The position numbers and the translations under genes were made by a program. Positions 63,250-64,000 of a stretch of DNA of 64,000 nucleotides are shown in pieces. The notes beneath the pieces were generated by a model that was not told the origin of the DNA, did no database searches, and saw only the letters and a list, made by a program, of their open reading frames with translations. Location: the NCBI GenBank assembly GCA_002269645.1, contig NIVC01001367.1, positions 240,533-304,532 of the forward strand, given 5' to 3'. Position 1 is the stretch's first letter; every line of letters starts with the position of its first letter. Origin of the DNA: Macrostomum lignano. Lineage: Eukaryota.

Positions 63250-64000
63250 CAGGAACGTCCGAAAAGTCGTTCAGATGTTGGATCGAAGGAAGGGCAACGG
63301 AAAGGGCATTTTACCGCTGGTCTGCTTCAACTAGGAGAGAAACCGTGCGATATTGCTCAGGACCTGAATCAGGCATTTGGAGAACAGGCGATATCGCAAG
63401 CGCGGGTTCATGCTCACTGCAAGGCATATCGCGAGGTCATGGTCGCCCTCGCATGTCAGCAGACGAAAACAGCAAACGTTTTCCGTGACTGTCTCAGCGC
63501 CAATCTTTCTTCCACAGTGCGTGAAGTTGAGGAGGTCTGCGGCAACTGCATTGCTTCTGTGAGTCGCATCCTCAAGGTGATAAACTCGTCAAGAGTCTAA
63601 CGACGACTTAAATGACTTCTAATCAGCATGGATGACACCACTGTCAATGTTTAATTAATGACTAATCAGCAGTCATGCAGTGCAGCGGAGGCTCAGATTC
63701 CGTAAGCCACACACAAAGCCAATGAAGTCGGCGTGGACATGCAACACCATGTGCACTGAGTGGTTTGACGCCTTCGGGGTACTGATGGCCGACTACCTGC
63801 CAGAAAGGCCACCATCAATCCCCACCTATGTGCAAGTAGAGGTTGTCCTCAAGAAGTGCTGTATTATACAACCAAGCCATCATTTTGTTGGACAACGCTC
63901 GCCTTCACGCTGCCTCGGCCACCACAATAAAAGTGCAAGAGCTCGGCTTTCGGCAGCTTAGTCACCCACCTCATTCACAAGACCTCGCCATCACTGATTT
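63250..64000 (+). mobile_element. Second degenerate mariner (DD34D) transposase, running off the window
   Basis: N-terminal HTH LGEKPCDIAQDLNQAFGEQAIS. LDNARLH (D at 63891) and HPPHSQDLAITDF (D at 63996) give D34D spacing. Confidence 0.85.

Overview
Eukaryotic genomic DNA, not prokaryotic. It has GC-rich, mostly single-exon CDSs in an AT-rich, minisatellite-dense background, with GT-AG introns and unpaired acceptors just upstream of start codons. This style suggests a trans-splicing flatworm such as Macrostomum (inference only). Host genes: a TMX-family thioredoxin, a two-exon secreted Cys-rich protein plus its broken paralog, a truncated Src-family kinase, an ApoL/ClyA-like coiled-coil protein, and a co-directional run of MyTH4-FERM, TMEM101, NDUFA1, KIAA1328-like, C2H2-ZnF and HDHD3 genes. 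There is also a ~4.7 kb unknown pseudogene. Mobile DNA: two DD34D mariner relics, hAT-type and other MITEs, a truncated RTE, a Mag-like Ty3/Gypsy element with both LTRs, a tRNA/CORE-like SINE, a LINE RNase H fragment, and a full-length LOA/R1-group LINE. Best signal: that LINE starts exactly at G1 of a complete HDV-like ribozyme fold (16629-16876, with a compensatory AC/GU P1.1). It is inserted with a 13-bp TSD into a hairpin-forming minisatellite that has replaced exon 2 of the duplicated secreted-protein gene. All alignments and folds were done by eye, and no database search was run.
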